DNA of 64,000 nt from Nitrosopumilus sp. (GCA_965238275.1 OZ250186.1:32001-96000); one strand, 5' to 3'. Counted from the stretch's first letter, positions 43,149 through 54,942 are shown. Numbers and translations are program-made. Notes: generated by a model from the letters alone, not told the origin.

Positions 43149-43338
43149 GAAACCCACGCGCGTCCTTTTGTTAAAAAACCTCCCCCGTGAAGACGTCGGC
43201 GGCAAAACGATCCGCCGGATGCCACGCGCGCAAGGCCGCCACCCTTGGAAGTTTAATAAATCAAGTGAGCACATGCGTCGGTAGGATGACGATTGCAGGA
43301 AACCGAATCACGCCAAGGCCAGTCCCGGCCTCGCGCGT

Positions 43339-44268
43339 TTGGGGGGCCTCTACATGAACCGGCACGAGCCCCGGCCAGACGAGTCGGCGCACGCCAAGGC
43401 CGTCGCGTTAGTGGATCGGGGGCTGGCACTGCACAGACTCAAAAAGCACGCCGATTCGTTGGAGTGCTTTGACGCGGCGATCGACGCGGAACCTGACCTT
43501 GCCGACGCGCACTACGGGAAGGGCTTCGAGCTGTCAGTTTTGGAACGGCACGATGAGGCGATCCCGTGCTTCGAGGACGCCTTGGGAATAAACCCCGACC
43601 TTGCCGCGGCGCACTACGAGAAGGGGTGCTCGCTGTCCAGACTGAGAAAATACGACGCGGCCGCAGAGTGCCTCAGCGAGGCGATACGGCTGGATCCAGA
43701 TCACGCCATGGCGCACTACGAGAAGGGCTTCGCGCTGGCCAGGCTCAAGAGACACGACGAGGCCGCGTGGTGCTTTGACGGCGCCATATCCCTGAAGCCC
43801 GACGACGCCGCCTCGCGCATAGGCAAGGGAATCGCACTTAGATCCTTAAAAAAACATGACGAGGCGATACGATGCCTTGACGTGGCGATAAGCCTGAAGC
43901 CGGACGTAGCCGCCACGCACCGGGAGAAGGGAATCACGCTTGCCCAGATTGGAAGGTACGGTGAGGCGGCAGAATGCCTTGAAAAGGCCGTGTCCCTGAA
44001 GCCCGACGACGTCGGCATGCGCATAGGCAAGGGCATAATGCTGATCAACTTGGGGGAATGCGGAGAGGCGGTAAAATGCCTCGACGAGGTCATAGCAATG
44101 AAACCGCACGACCCCGACGCGCACGTCCAGAAGGCACGCGCGCTGGAACAAATGGGGAACCGCGCGGAAGCCGTCGAGTGCTGCAAAAAAATGCTGGGTT
44201 GGAAAAAATTGGGTAACTACCACGCGAGACGGGTCAGGGCCACAATCGACCGCCTGTCTGCCAGATAA
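43339..44268 (+). CDS. Tetratricopeptide repeat protein
   Basis: About eight 34-aa repeats AHYxKGxxLxxLxxxxEAxxCFxxAxxLxP. Confidence 0.92.
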   Translation: MGGLYMNRHEPRPDESAHAKAVALVDRGLALHRLKKHADSLECFDAAIDAEPDLADAHYGKGFELSVLERHDEAIPCFEDALGINPDLAAAHYEKGCSLSRLRKYDAAAECLSEAIRLDPDHAMAHYEKGFALARLKRHDEAAWCFDGAISLKPDDAASRIGKGIALRSLKKHDEAIRCLDVAISLKPDVAATHREKGITLAQIGRYGEAAECLEKAVSLKPDDVGMRIGKGIMLINLGECGEAVKCLDEVIAMKPHDPDAHVQKARALEQMGNRAEAVECCKKMLGWKKLGNYHARRVRATIDRLSAR

Positions 44269-44316
44269 CGCGGCACGCGACGAAGAAACGCGGGTACGGA
44301 TGACGATAACCCTGCC

Positions 44317-45384
44317 TCACGGCCTGATCACGTACTCCAGCATGGCGACCATCAGGGACCGCAGTTCCTGCCGGTCAGGATGGCGCAGCATCGCCGACTT
44401 GCAGATATCCAGCGCCTTCTTCCTGTCGCCTTCTTGGAGCGTCACGTACGCCATATAGCAGCACGTCATCGGGCTGGTGGCGTCTTTCTCGTATGCCGAA
44501 CGTACCATCTCGTCGCCCTCGTCAAGACGGCCTTCCTTGTACAGGCAGAACCCGTTGAGCGCCCGCGCCTCCTGGTCGTCGGGATCCAGCGACAGCGACT
44601 CTTCTACCTCCTTGCGGCATTCCGACGCCCTGCCGAGCATGCGCAGCACGTCGGCCTTGATGTAATGGTATCTGGCGTTGAGCGGGTTGAGGCTTAGGGC
44701 CTCGGTTATGGCTTCCAACGCGTCCCGGTATTTTTCCATGTCAAACAGAATCTCCGCCCGCGCGGCGTGGTTGCCGGCCTCGTCGCCGTGGATGCCGACG
44801 GCCCAGTCCGCCGCCCTGAGCATTTCTCTGAGCATTTCCCCGTATACCTCGTGGTATCTCCAAATGTCTTGGAACATCGCGCCGTGCATGTGCACTGTTG
44901 ACGTTCCGCCTTTCGATCCCGCATCTTCCACGTGGCACATCTCGCCCAGGATCATCATCAGGACATGGTGCTTGTCCGGATCGTCCGGATCCAGTTGCAT
45001 CTCGAAGTTGATCTCGTGAATCGCATCGTCCAGCATCCCCACCCGAAACAGCGCCTTTGCCCTCACGTATGCTGCCTTCAGGATGATCTCGTCCATTAAG
45101 GCCGCCAAGAGTCGGTATTCTAATGCCTCGTCGTGCATTTTCGCTTCTTCATACAAGTGCCACAGCTCTTCGTATTTCTCTGAAAGATCGCCGCCATAAT
45201 TCATTGCCACGCGGCAGGCCTCCAGTGCCTCCGGATATCGGCCCAGAGCGTACAGTGCCAGCCCTTTCAAGATGTTTGCCTCAGGATCGTTTGTCTTGCT
45301 CGTCGCGATCCTTGAGAGGTGCAGGACCGCCTTCTCGTATTCGCCCCGCCGGATCATGTCGGCGCACTCGTCGATTTCAACCAC
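44317..45384 (-). CDS. Tetratricopeptide repeat protein
   Basis: KGLALYALGRYPEAL, ALSLNP, SLSLDPDD TPR patterns. Confidence 0.85.
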   Translation of the reverse strand: MVEIDECADMIRRGEYEKAVLHLSRIATSKTNDPEANILKGLALYALGRYPEALEACRVAMNYGGDLSEKYEELWHLYEEAKMHDEALEYRLLAALMDEIILKAAYVRAKALFRVGMLDDAIHEINFEMQLDPDDPDKHHVLMMILGEMCHVEDAGSKGGTSTVHMHGAMFQDIWRYHEVYGEMLREMLRAADWAVGIHGDEAGNHAARAEILFDMEKYRDALEAITEALSLNPLNARYHYIKADVLRMLGRASECRKEVEESLSLDPDDQEARALNGFCLYKEGRLDEGDEMVRSAYEKDATSPMTCCYMAYVTLQEGDRKKALDICKSAMLRHPDRQELRSLMVAMLEYVIRP

Positions 45385-46190
45385 GGGTGCCGACCCCGTT
45401 ACAGTGCTCCGCCCTGGTGTACCGGGCCACGTGCCGGTACACGTGCATGGTATCGTTCTCCAGCAGGATCATGTATCCGGTGCAGCGCCTGCCAGCCACG
45501 ACGCGGGCCCGCATGGTACCGGGATATGGAACGCCAACCAGGTAGTCCATAACGACTCCGGCCAGCATGTCCGGCACCTCTGCTAGCTTGCATGTGATAT
45601 GTACGCGATGGATCGGATCCGGCTGGCCGGCGGCGAAGAGCCGGACTGCGTATCTGGGCATTACTCTCCGCCCTCCCGGCACCGGCACGCTCCTAACGCC
45701 GTTCTACCATGCATGACGTGGCCGAATGCGGCCTTTAGCGTGGTGTACGTGCCCATGCCATCATCGGCACCGGCTTGGGCACGACCCAAGATGACGGACT
45801 GTATGATCCCGTCGTTGGATACCACCTGCGCCTGTCGGCCGTCAAGACTGGCAGGGCCTAGCGCCCCCCAGAAACAGGGCGACATCTTGATCCATGAGGA
45901 AGGTGGCAAGGATGTCAGGTGTCTGCTCTCGTTGCGGATAGCCTCGCTGCCATCCCGGCCGACGCATTCACCGGCTTGAATTTGAGCGTCCAGTCCACCG
46001 ATTCCCAGATGGGAAATCCTCTCGGTGGAGGTTTGGACACTTTTGTTTTGTGTTTGCATGCATATATCTTCCGTATGGATTATATTAATATTATCCCTTT
46101 GGAATAGTATAATCCGAACATTCTGACGGTCCAAGCACGACAAAGCACGATTGCCTACAGAATCGGATCCGGGAAAGGCCAGACGGTTGC

Positions 46191-46436
46191 ATGGTATACA
46201 TATATGGATACAGGCCAACGTACACCGTGAAAGAGTACGTGGTGACCAGGATGCTCCGGTGTACGTGCGAACGATGCGGCTACACTTGGATGTGCAAGGA
46301 CGAATCGGAGGCTCCCATCCAGTGCAGGAACCGCAGATGCCGCTCCCCGTACTGGGACAAGCCAGTATCCAGGGAACATGTCAGCGATGTGGCCAAGGCT
46401 GTGAGGGCAGGAACGTACATAAAGGAAAACACATGA
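46191..46436 (+). CDS. Small zinc-finger protein of MGE type
   Basis: CERCGYTW...PIQC...CRSPYWD pattern, typical of archaeal virus/plasmid zinc fingers. Confidence 0.65.
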   Translation: MVYIYGYRPTYTVKEYVVTRMLRCTCERCGYTWMCKDESEAPIQCRNRRCRSPYWDKPVSREHVSDVAKAVRAGTYIKENT

Positions 46437-47317
46437 GCCTGCACGTGGCGGGATCGTCGATCCGGGCTACCCTGAAGTGGCTTGTTTGATCATCTCTCCC
46501 TGCTAGTCTTGGCAACAGTGATTTTGATGGCATTATGGTCTCGTGGCAGTGGGTTGGCCGCGTGGCGGTGGCTCATTTACTTGATGAATGCAGCTCGACA
46601 TGACCAAATGGTACTATCTCCGCGGCGAGTTTGAGGTGCTTGCATATTCTCCTTGATCGCAATGGCGCCCATTCCCACGTCATGGATAGCTGTCTCAGGT
46701 TCAGCGGCTATTTTCATGACCACAAAGGCAGCCTTTTGTTTGTAGGTGGGTAAACGTCTCCCCTTTCCAGATCCTGCCGATCTCCCCCCCTGTTGGACAG
46801 GCCCATAACCCGGCAGCGGACCAGCGATTCTGCCAAGGCTGCACGGCCGAGGGATTGGGAGGCCCGGCGGGCACGCGGCTGGAAGCATCCGTCCGCAAAA
46901 TCTTAACGACCTAGATATTGGCGCAGGCAACGGGCCCGATGCGCGTGGCGACCGTCTGGATCCGCGGTGATATTGGTCGGTCATCTGATCTTGATGCCCG
47001 AGTCGTGAAGCAACACGATGTATGCCCGCACCTTGTTCCCGCATATCAGTCTGCGAAGGCCTTTTACCGTTTCCGTGCAGCCACGCGCGTTGCACCTTTC
47101 GGCCATCCGGTCCAGCCTTTCGACTGCCTTGAGCAACTCGCTACTCCACATCAGGGTGTGGCGAACGGCGCGGCTTTTATCCATTGTGCGGTCTGAACGC
47201 AAAAACGATGATTAGCCATAATCTAACAACGTGTTGGTGGGGGTGATCCTGATAATTTTGACATCCACCAAACATGCCTGTCAAACCTTTTATTCAATTT
47301 CCCTTATTTCATGTCTG

Positions 47318-48073
47318 ATGAATGATGGCTTCGAACGCTACGAGCGCGAATACCTGAAAAGTGTCGCCAAGGAAGACGGGTCCGCGTCCGGGGAATCACT
47401 CAAGCAACTGAAGGCAAGGCGGCGCATGGAACTCTTGGACGGCGCGAAAAAGGCAGGAACCAAATCCGAGCTTGACTCGTGGGACTACGCCGTCTTGGAC
47501 ACGATCCGGCGCGGGGATCTGCACGGCCAGATGAAGTTCGGAACGCTGAGGACATGCGAATCGCTGTTGAAACTGCACTACCACGACCTCATGCGCAAGT
47601 CAGACCGCGAGCCCACGTTCGACGAGACGGAGCGGATCCAAGCGTTTCTTGATTCTGCCGCGTACAAACAGTACGAAAGCAGGCTGAAAAAAATAATGAC
47701 GAAAAAAGTGGCCGAACGGCTTGGGTTGGTATCAGAGATACTTGGAACGAAGAAGGCGACTGATTTGCTGGATCTTACAGACAAGGGCAGGGACGCGCTC
47801 AAGGCAAAGCGCGTCGAGATTGCCGCGCGATATGAGCAAATGAACCGGCTGTACTCCGCGAACAGGACTGGTTTTTACGAGGAAGCACCGTCGTTTGAAT
47901 GGGCGTTGCCTATGCTGGTGGTCATGGGTTTTTCAGGACCAATGATGGGGTACATGCTGGCGTCGTCTGACGCGCAATACGGCAGCCTTGCTCACAACCA
48001 TGGATCGGGCTTTGGTACGGATTTTGATGCCGATTTTGGCGCAGACGGATTCGATTTTGGAACGGGGTCATGA
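47318..48073 (+). CDS. Hypothetical protein with C-terminal TM and acidic Gly/Phe tail
   Basis: Long ORF; LTDKG winged-helix-like segment; GFGTDFDADFGADGFDF tail. Confidence 0.6.
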   Translation: MNDGFERYEREYLKSVAKEDGSASGESLKQLKARRRMELLDGAKKAGTKSELDSWDYAVLDTIRRGDLHGQMKFGTLRTCESLLKLHYHDLMRKSDREPTFDETERIQAFLDSAAYKQYESRLKKIMTKKVAERLGLVSEILGTKKATDLLDLTDKGRDALKAKRVEIAARYEQMNRLYSANRTGFYEEAPSFEWALPMLVVMGFSGPMMGYMLASSDAQYGSLAHNHGSGFGTDFDADFGADGFDFGTGS

Positions 48074-48560
48074 TGATAGACGGGGTGAATCCACAACCAG
48101 TTTGAGTGCGCCCGCCGGCTGAACATATCAATATCGTCCTACGGTGGCCCAGCTTGCACGTAGTGCGTCTGATGATCCGACTCGTTTGTATCTGACCCAC
48201 CCATGAGAATGTGGCGGAAAATATTCAGATTGGGACATATCAGAATTATGCACAACCCCTCTGAAAGTAAAACACTTACAAATTTGGCGATACCGATCTG
48301 GCATCGTTGCTGTATGTGGATGGGAACAGCCTAGATTGTCCCTGCACGACGTACCCTTGGGTTTTGCCAAACCGTGTCAGAGAAGGTTGCGCACAGAGCA
48401 CCGATCTGCTCTAGCGCGTGCCGCCGTGCCGCCAATCTTGAGTAGCGTGCGTGTTGTCCGCGCTCCTGATTCCTCCGGTATTAATGAGGCCTGACTGGTT
48501 GCCATCAAAACCAGCAACAGCAAATTCATAAATAGATAATACGAACACTAAAAGATCATA

Positions 48561-49424
48561 ATGGTTGAGAACATAGTATCGAGAGAAAAGAAAATTCAGA
48601 TATCCCCCAAAAAGGATTATCTCGTACCCACAGATAGTGAAAAGGGATTTCCATTACTGCGCATAAGTGATCATTATTTTAGCTTTAACGACCTGATAAT
48701 AGACTATGAAACTAGAGAAAGATTGGAGTATGTCATTTCGGAAAACCAGAACCTTAAGAAACTGAGAGCATATGGACTTAAACCCAAGCAAAGGATCCTG
48801 TTTTGTGGTCCTCCTGGAACCGGCAAAACTCTGACTGCCAAAATAATGAGCAGTGTCATAGGATACCCGTTTGTGTATGTCTTGTTTGATTCCATTATTT
48901 CGTCATTCCTAGGACAGACGGCTACGAATCTTAGAAAAATCTTTGATTTTATCGAGCAGGACAACTTTGTGGTTCTTTTTGACGAGTTTGACATCATAGG
49001 AAAGAAGCGGGATGACCCCCAAGAACATGGGGAGGTGAAAAGAGTCGTGAACAACTTCATGCAGATGATGGACAGCTATGACGGTAGCAGTGTCCTGATT
49101 GCGGCTACAAACCACCCCCAGCTGTTGGACACTGCCGTATGGAGGCGTTTTGACGAAATGATTGGGTTTGGACTTCCAAACAAGCAACAAAGAAAGAAAC
49201 TATTCTCAAAATACCTTGGGGTTTTAAAGAAGAGTGTAGATGTGGACTTGGAGGATCTTGCAGGCAAGACCTCAAAATATTCTGCAGCAGACATATCTAC
49301 TATCTGCGAGGACGCATTAAGAAGAAATGTCATTTACGGCAAATCTGAAATAAAAAACGAGGATGTCATCTGGGCCATAAGAGAACAAACACGTAGAAAA
49401 GGTGTTATGCTAAAAAAACTATGA
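48561..49424 (+). CDS. AAA+ ATPase (IetA-like)
   Basis: GPPGTGKT, SSFLGQTATNL, LFDEFD, GEVKRVVN, AATNH, WRRFD. Confidence 0.9.
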   Translation: MVENIVSREKKIQISPKKDYLVPTDSEKGFPLLRISDHYFSFNDLIIDYETRERLEYVISENQNLKKLRAYGLKPKQRILFCGPPGTGKTLTAKIMSSVIGYPFVYVLFDSIISSFLGQTATNLRKIFDFIEQDNFVVLFDEFDIIGKKRDDPQEHGEVKRVVNNFMQMMDSYDGSSVLIAATNHPQLLDTAVWRRFDEMIGFGLPNKQQRKKLFSKYLGVLKKSVDVDLEDLAGKTSKYSAADISTICEDALRRNVIYGKSEIKNEDVIWAIREQTRRKGVMLKKL

Positions 49425-49524
49425 TTGACTTTAGTCTGTTGAACACATGATCACATGGAAATCTCTAAAGCCCACAGTACTGCCGGCTTACCCCTAGGTT
49501 AGTATGTGTTCACATCTGACAGAA

Positions 49525-49794
49525 AATAACCCTCCGAAATCAAAACGCCTCAACCAATCGCGAACCCATCTGGAAGATCGCATGAGATTCTTGGCGGTTT
49601 CGTCTATGCCTTTTTTGCGAACATAGACCATGTAGGCGACAAGCATTCTTGCGACTACCCTGTATTCTTTTTCATTTTTGCATGCATTCTCAAATTCTTC
49701 TCATTTGGTTTTTTCCATGAGTAGCATGAGGCGTCAAGATCTGCATGCCTACCGTTGACACTGTCGTTGGAACGAACCTTTGATCGTCAGTATA
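49525..49794 (-). pseudogene. IS630-family remnant between ATPase and protease
   Basis: TATACTGACGATCAAAGGTTCG end; MEKTK*EEFENACKNEKEYRVVARMLVAYMV...WVRDWLRRF. Confidence 0.72.
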
Positions 49795-50156
49795 GATCAT
49801 GAGAATCAAGACATCTGATTGAATACAGACAACGAGAAATACATCAGACGCGGTCAGGTGTTAATCATCCACAACGACCCGCCACCACGCGCGTATATTC
49901 CTTGACTGAGGAACCAGAGATTCTGGCCCAGACGTTTGTCAGAAGGCGCTCCCCAAAGATCAAATCGTGATGGACGAGTAGGCCGACGAAGAGGACAACA
50001 TTGAGTAGACTCTGGTCACTAGTCTTCCGTCAAGTGCAGACTTGTCTAAGGACTCTGGTGCATGCGCCCAGATGCGCAAAAACAATCTTCATAACACGCA
50101 CAAGACAAAGAAATTGTATAGTTCATATATACACAAACAACTTTCAAGATCACACA

Positions 50157-52457
50157 ATGACTGACAGCCACAAACATCTGGATCTTCCCACCACAAATGA
50201 AAAAGTCCAAAGAAAAATGTACGGAGGTGGCATGTATGATAAAAATAAAAACATCAAAAAGTTTGAAGAAGGTCAGATCAAGCGGCTGACTGCAATCAGC
50301 AAGGAGTTTGAGGGGACAGAACAAGAATTTCCAAGCTATGATCAGGAACTGGTATTCAAGGTAAAGACATCTCAAAGAGTAAGTGACAAAGAGTTTAGAC
50401 AAAGGTTGAAGGGAGTCGATTGTGAAACTATTGCTTCCGCTTTGGGTAAAAATGCAGAATGGGTCGTTTCCGCGATAGATCCAAGTTTTAAAAAACTGAA
50501 GGAAAGGATCTCTACAAGGGCGACAAAAGATAAAGCAAACTTTATTGACGGGATTTTAGAATTTTTGAGAATTCGATTTGAAGACAAGCTTGGGGAGAGT
50601 CTTAAAAACAATCCTCTTGGCCTAGATGAAAAGACACGGCTTGTGGTGAGTCTGACCAAAAAAGAATCAGATTCAAATAATGAGAAGCTAAACTCCGCAT
50701 TGGATTTGATAAGAAATTTGTCCAAGGAAAATGGCCTTGAAATACATGATAGTCTGGTCACGGAAAATGTTTGCCTGTTATTGCTTGATGGGACTCTTGA
50801 TTTTGCAAAACAAATTTCAGGCATAGACATCGTTGAGAGCATTGATAGGCCCCCAAGATTCGCACTGGAAAAAATCGTTGACAGTACAATTCTCGACGTG
50901 GGCAAAAACATACCTCCAAATGAAAAAGATCATGGGATACTGGTCATGGATTCAGGTATAATTTTACATCCACTGCTGGAAGATGCTGTGGATGAAGATG
51001 AGGGTATCGTGGGGCTACCAGACATAAACGAACACGATGATCGCCGTCACGGAACGATGGTCAGCGGTATAGCGTTGCACGGGGACATCGAGGACAGCAT
51101 TACAAACAAAAAATTTAAATCCAACATGTGGATCTATTCTGCCAAAATTTTTTACGAAGATAACGGCGCAATTAAAATTCCGAATGAAACACTCATTGAA
51201 AGTGAAATTAAAAATAATTTTGAAAAGATAAAACAAAAATTTCCTAGATGCAGAGTAGTTAACTTATCGTTTGGCAATCCGGAAAAAATAATGTCAGATG
51301 GACAAAGACAGTTTGATCTGGCTGTGTTGATTGATGACTTAGCAAACCAGTACAGAGACACAGTCTTTGTCATCTCTGTAGGCAATGTAAAAAAAATTTA
51401 TTATGATGATCACCATTATCCAGACTATCTCTTATCATCGGATCTCGACGTAAAGATCATGGATCCAGCAGCATCCATTCACGCATTATCCGTTGGTGCC
51501 GTCCAAAAATTTGGCCACCTGATAGATCAGCCCTCGAACATAACCAGAGTTGGTCCGGGGCTAAACGGAATGATAAAACCTGATCTGGTTGAAAACGGAG
51601 GCGGATTTGACAGCGAAATAGTTGTTCTAAATTCAGACTACAGAGACAGATTGTTTACACTCACTATGGGAACAAGCTTTAGCTCACCAAAAATTGCAAA
51701 CTTTGTAGCTAGGCTCTTCAACCGTTTTCCCAATGCGAGCAGAAATCTGGTCATGGCATTGTTACTATCCTCGGCAAATCTTCCACAGGTCATTCCGGAC
51801 GGTTTCCCTAAAAGAAACTCAAAGACAAAAAATGAGAACTGGTTAAAACTGATGAGTATCTATGGGTTCGGAAGGCCCGTCCTGAACAACGCGTTATCTT
51901 CTGATGATGACAGGGTTGTCTTTAAGCACGAGGGCAAAATTGGCATGAATCAAGTACAGTATTTTACAATAAATTTGCCGGATGAATTTGTCAGCATAAA
52001 AGGCAAAAGACATATCTCGGTTTCACTAGTCTATGATCCCCCTATCAGAAAAACTAGGGCCGATTATTTTGGAGTAAGAATGGAATTTCATTTGTTTAGA
52101 AACAAGTCATTGGACGAGATTAGGGAAAAATACGATTTGATTAATTTGACGGAATCAGAAGATAGAGAAAACAACGTGCCTGAAAAGTTATCAAAATTTG
52201 AAATTGTTCTACATCCTAAACCCTCTCTTAGGAAAAGAAGCAACCATCAGAAAGGCGTTAGAACCTTGACAACAAGGACTAGATTAAACAGTAAGCAGCC
52301 TCTTGTATTGGCCATATTATCGCAAAAAATATGGGATCTTGATGACAATTTCAAGCAGGATTTTGCAGTTGTCATGACCATAAAACATGAGCAGTCCATT
52401 GATTTGTATAACAAGATAAAAATAGCCAACCAGATTCAAACACGTGTACAAGTTTAG
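50157..52457 (+). CDS. S8 subtilase (IetS/Y4bN-like)
   Basis: Catalytic triad VMDSG, HGTMVSG, GTSFSSP; IKPDLV; YGFG; no signal peptide; AT-rich. Confidence 0.9.
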   Translation: MTDSHKHLDLPTTNEKVQRKMYGGGMYDKNKNIKKFEEGQIKRLTAISKEFEGTEQEFPSYDQELVFKVKTSQRVSDKEFRQRLKGVDCETIASALGKNAEWVVSAIDPSFKKLKERISTRATKDKANFIDGILEFLRIRFEDKLGESLKNNPLGLDEKTRLVVSLTKKESDSNNEKLNSALDLIRNLSKENGLEIHDSLVTENVCLLLLDGTLDFAKQISGIDIVESIDRPPRFALEKIVDSTILDVGKNIPPNEKDHGILVMDSGIILHPLLEDAVDEDEGIVGLPDINEHDDRRHGTMVSGIALHGDIEDSITNKKFKSNMWIYSAKIFYEDNGAIKIPNETLIESEIKNNFEKIKQKFPRCRVVNLSFGNPEKIMSDGQRQFDLAVLIDDLANQYRDTVFVISVGNVKKIYYDDHHYPDYLLSSDLDVKIMDPAASIHALSVGAVQKFGHLIDQPSNITRVGPGLNGMIKPDLVENGGGFDSEIVVLNSDYRDRLFTLTMGTSFSSPKIANFVARLFNRFPNASRNLVMALLLSSANLPQVIPDGFPKRNSKTKNENWLKLMSIYGFGRPVLNNALSSDDDRVVFKHEGKIGMNQVQYFTINLPDEFVSIKGKRHISVSLVYDPPIRKTRADYFGVRMEFHLFRNKSLDEIREKYDLINLTESEDRENNVPEKLSKFEIVLHPKPSLRKRSNHQKGVRTLTTRTRLNSKQPLVLAILSQKIWDLDDNFKQDFAVVMTIKHEQSIDLYNKIKIANQIQTRVQV

Positions 52458-52600
52458 GATAAAAATTGTTTGAACTTCCAGTGTTTACAATTCTGTATTC
52501 ATTCTGGTTCGACGGCAGCACACCAAATTTGGTCCGGTCCCCGCTAGAATAGGAACGATCAGCATTGCACACTTTTTAGATGTACCAAGGGAGGAACCAC

Positions 52601-52900
52601 ATGGCTGACAAAAAACCAGGTGGAGCACGAACGAGAAGATCCGCATCGTGCTGCAGACATTCAACCCGGAGACCAAGGTTACAGAACTGTGCCGCGAGCA
52701 CAACCTGTCCCCAAGAACCGTGTATACGTAGAAGGAAAAGTTCCTAGAGGGCGGCAAGGATGCGGTGGCAAGATCCGGCACAACCCGGGCCACCAAAAAG
52801 CACGTCCGGGAAGTGGAGACCCTCAAGAGGATCATCGGAGAGTACACCGTGGGCAACGAGGCTTTAAAAAACACTGGAGGGAGGCAGAGGATGACGGCTG
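52601..52900 (+). pseudogene. IS3-family OrfA remnant
   Basis: RWSTNEKIRIVLQ...ELCREHNLSPRTVYT*KEKFLEGG...LKRIIGEYTVGNEALK with an internal TAG; OrfB absent. Confidence 0.75.
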
Positions 52901-53089
52901 CAAGGGAGACATGCAAGAGCATAGTATGGGCCAGAACAATCCGCTCACCTTTGGCTAAATTATTCATACAATCCTGCATCTCGTCAAACCTGGCGTGGTT
53001 GAAACCACGGCTTGCACAGAAATCAGGCGACAGGCAAACAAAGATTCGTATTATTCCACACGCCAGAATAAATTTTCACAATAATGTGG

Positions 53090-54094
53090 CTAATTTACCA
53101 GATAACCCACAAGTCGGTTGCCCATCTCTTTTTCAAGGATTATCGCTATTGCCGCCTTTAGCTCCTCCGGTGACTCAAAGTACCGGCCTGCCAGCCGTCT
53201 CTTGAGATCCCTCCAGACGTTTTCGATCTGGTTCAGCTGCGGCGTGCGGGGCGGGAGAAATTCCAGCTCGACGTCACCGCCCGTGCCGGCCACGTATTCT
53301 CTGACCTTGTGCGACTTGTGGTACGACGCGTTGTCCAGGACCATGTAGAATTTTGGGTGGCTCTTGCGGACATCCTCGAGGAATTCCTTGAACGTCTCCG
53401 AGTTTGCAGAATCCGCCATGCGGACGTAGAGGGTGTCTGTGCCCATGATGCCAAGCAGGCTGACGGCCTTTTTCGAGAACCCGGTCTGGATCTCGTCGCG
53501 TCCTCCCGTGGGCCTCCACCCGTAGCCCGGTTCCTGTGACATGCCGACTGCAGCCTCGTCTTCGACGAACACGGCATACCCTTCATTGGCCAGATCCCCC
53601 GCCTTCCTGCCGGCCCTTGCCTTGAACTCTTCTTGCTCGCTTTTGGAGGCGGATTTGGGCGGAACGGGCCGGGTTTTTCTGTAAGAGAACCCGATCTTTT
53701 TGAGCATCCTTCGCAACGTGCGCGCCTTGCAGCAATCCAGTCCAAACGTCCGCCGGATCATCTCCAGTATCAAGTTGAGCTGCCAGGAGCCTGACTCGAA
53801 TCCGTACTTTTTCGGCTTGTTGCCAAGCCACGCCCTGACCGTCCTGGAAAATGATTTGGGCATCTTGCTTTTCCTGCCCCCGCGCGTTCGGTTGAACCGG
53901 GCTTTCAACCCCCGTCCCTGCATCCGCACCAGCCAGTCGCGCACTGTGGAATACGGCATGACCAGTTCCTTGCATATATTCCGGATGCTGCGTCCCTGCT
54001 TTCTCAGGATGCACGCAAGCAGCCTGATCTTGGCCAGCTTGTTCTTCTCTTTTGCGCACGCCCGCACCAGCTTCTTTTTGCTCACGTTCGGCAT
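53090..54094 (-). CDS. IS630-family transposase
   Basis: N-terminal HTHs, GFSYRK, VEDE, VLDNASYH, PPRTPQLNQIENVW. Confidence 0.92.
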   Translation of the reverse strand: MPNVSKKKLVRACAKEKNKLAKIRLLACILRKQGRSIRNICKELVMPYSTVRDWLVRMQGRGLKARFNRTRGGRKSKMPKSFSRTVRAWLGNKPKKYGFESGSWQLNLILEMIRRTFGLDCCKARTLRRMLKKIGFSYRKTRPVPPKSASKSEQEEFKARAGRKAGDLANEGYAVFVEDEAAVGMSQEPGYGWRPTGGRDEIQTGFSKKAVSLLGIMGTDTLYVRMADSANSETFKEFLEDVRKSHPKFYMVLDNASYHKSHKVREYVAGTGGDVELEFLPPRTPQLNQIENVWRDLKRRLAGRYFESPEELKAAIAIILEKEMGNRLVGYLVN

Positions 54095-54319
54095 GAACCG
54101 GGATCCAACCTCGAGCTTCTTTTGCCTGGAATCCGGTACTGAACTTGCCTTTGCGTGATGGACTGATTCGGCAACGCCTTGCTTTCCGTCGGCTGCAATC
54201 ATCATAAGCACGTGGGCGTGTGCCTGTGATCTGAATGTATCTCGGCGGCAATCTGACTGTAGTAATGACGGGTAGATTATCCCATGAGACATGGTAATTT
54301 GTGGAATTAATGACCCACG

Positions 54320-54859
54320 GTGATCGGATTGCTCTGGCCCCTACTAAGCACATCAAAAACGCCATCAAGCCTTAACTTGGCAGGAGTGGCACAACTCTAT
54401 GGCACCGACGGGTTCTCCAACCCCAACAACAATGTCTCGTACAGAGACAGGGTTTACCCCGATGGTTCCAATCCATCGCCGGAACCGAGCACGGTGCCGC
54501 CCCCGGCACAGAGCAGCCCGGCATGTGAGCGCACCGATTTCACGTACGACTGGACCATAAACGAGTTCGAGTTGGAATCCGGGTGGTACCAATGGTACAC
54601 CATATGTGGCAGCCCGATATCCTACTCCTTTTCAACCAGTAGCAGTTACGACGGGTTCAACATTTACGTGCTTCCGCCGGAGACTGACGTTGAGGATTTC
54701 GTAAACAATGGCGGAGCATATTACACATGTGAGGATCCTGATGAGCAATGGCACAGAAAATCAAACACGTGCAACATCGAACCTGGCTCCAACATAGTCC
54801 TAGACAACACGATGGACAACTCGATATACATAAGCGGATGGATCAGGACGCCAACGTAG
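54320..54859 (+). CDS. Hypothetical extracellular-type protein, probably an N-truncated fragment next to IS630
   Basis: Pro-rich linker then a Cys-containing beta-rich domain; no clear N-terminus. Confidence 0.45.
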   Translation: MIGLLWPLLSTSKTPSSLNLAGVAQLYGTDGFSNPNNNVSYRDRVYPDGSNPSPEPSTVPPPAQSSPACERTDFTYDWTINEFELESGWYQWYTICGSPISYSFSTSSSYDGFNIYVLPPETDVEDFVNNGGAYYTCEDPDEQWHRKSNTCNIEPGSNIVLDNTMDNSIYISGWIRTPT

Positions 54860-54942
54860 TTTGACGCAACGCAACGGGTGGATCGAGTTTATCAGATTTA
54901 TGCTACGGCAAGCAACACCGCATCCTAAATTCGGGGCATATT

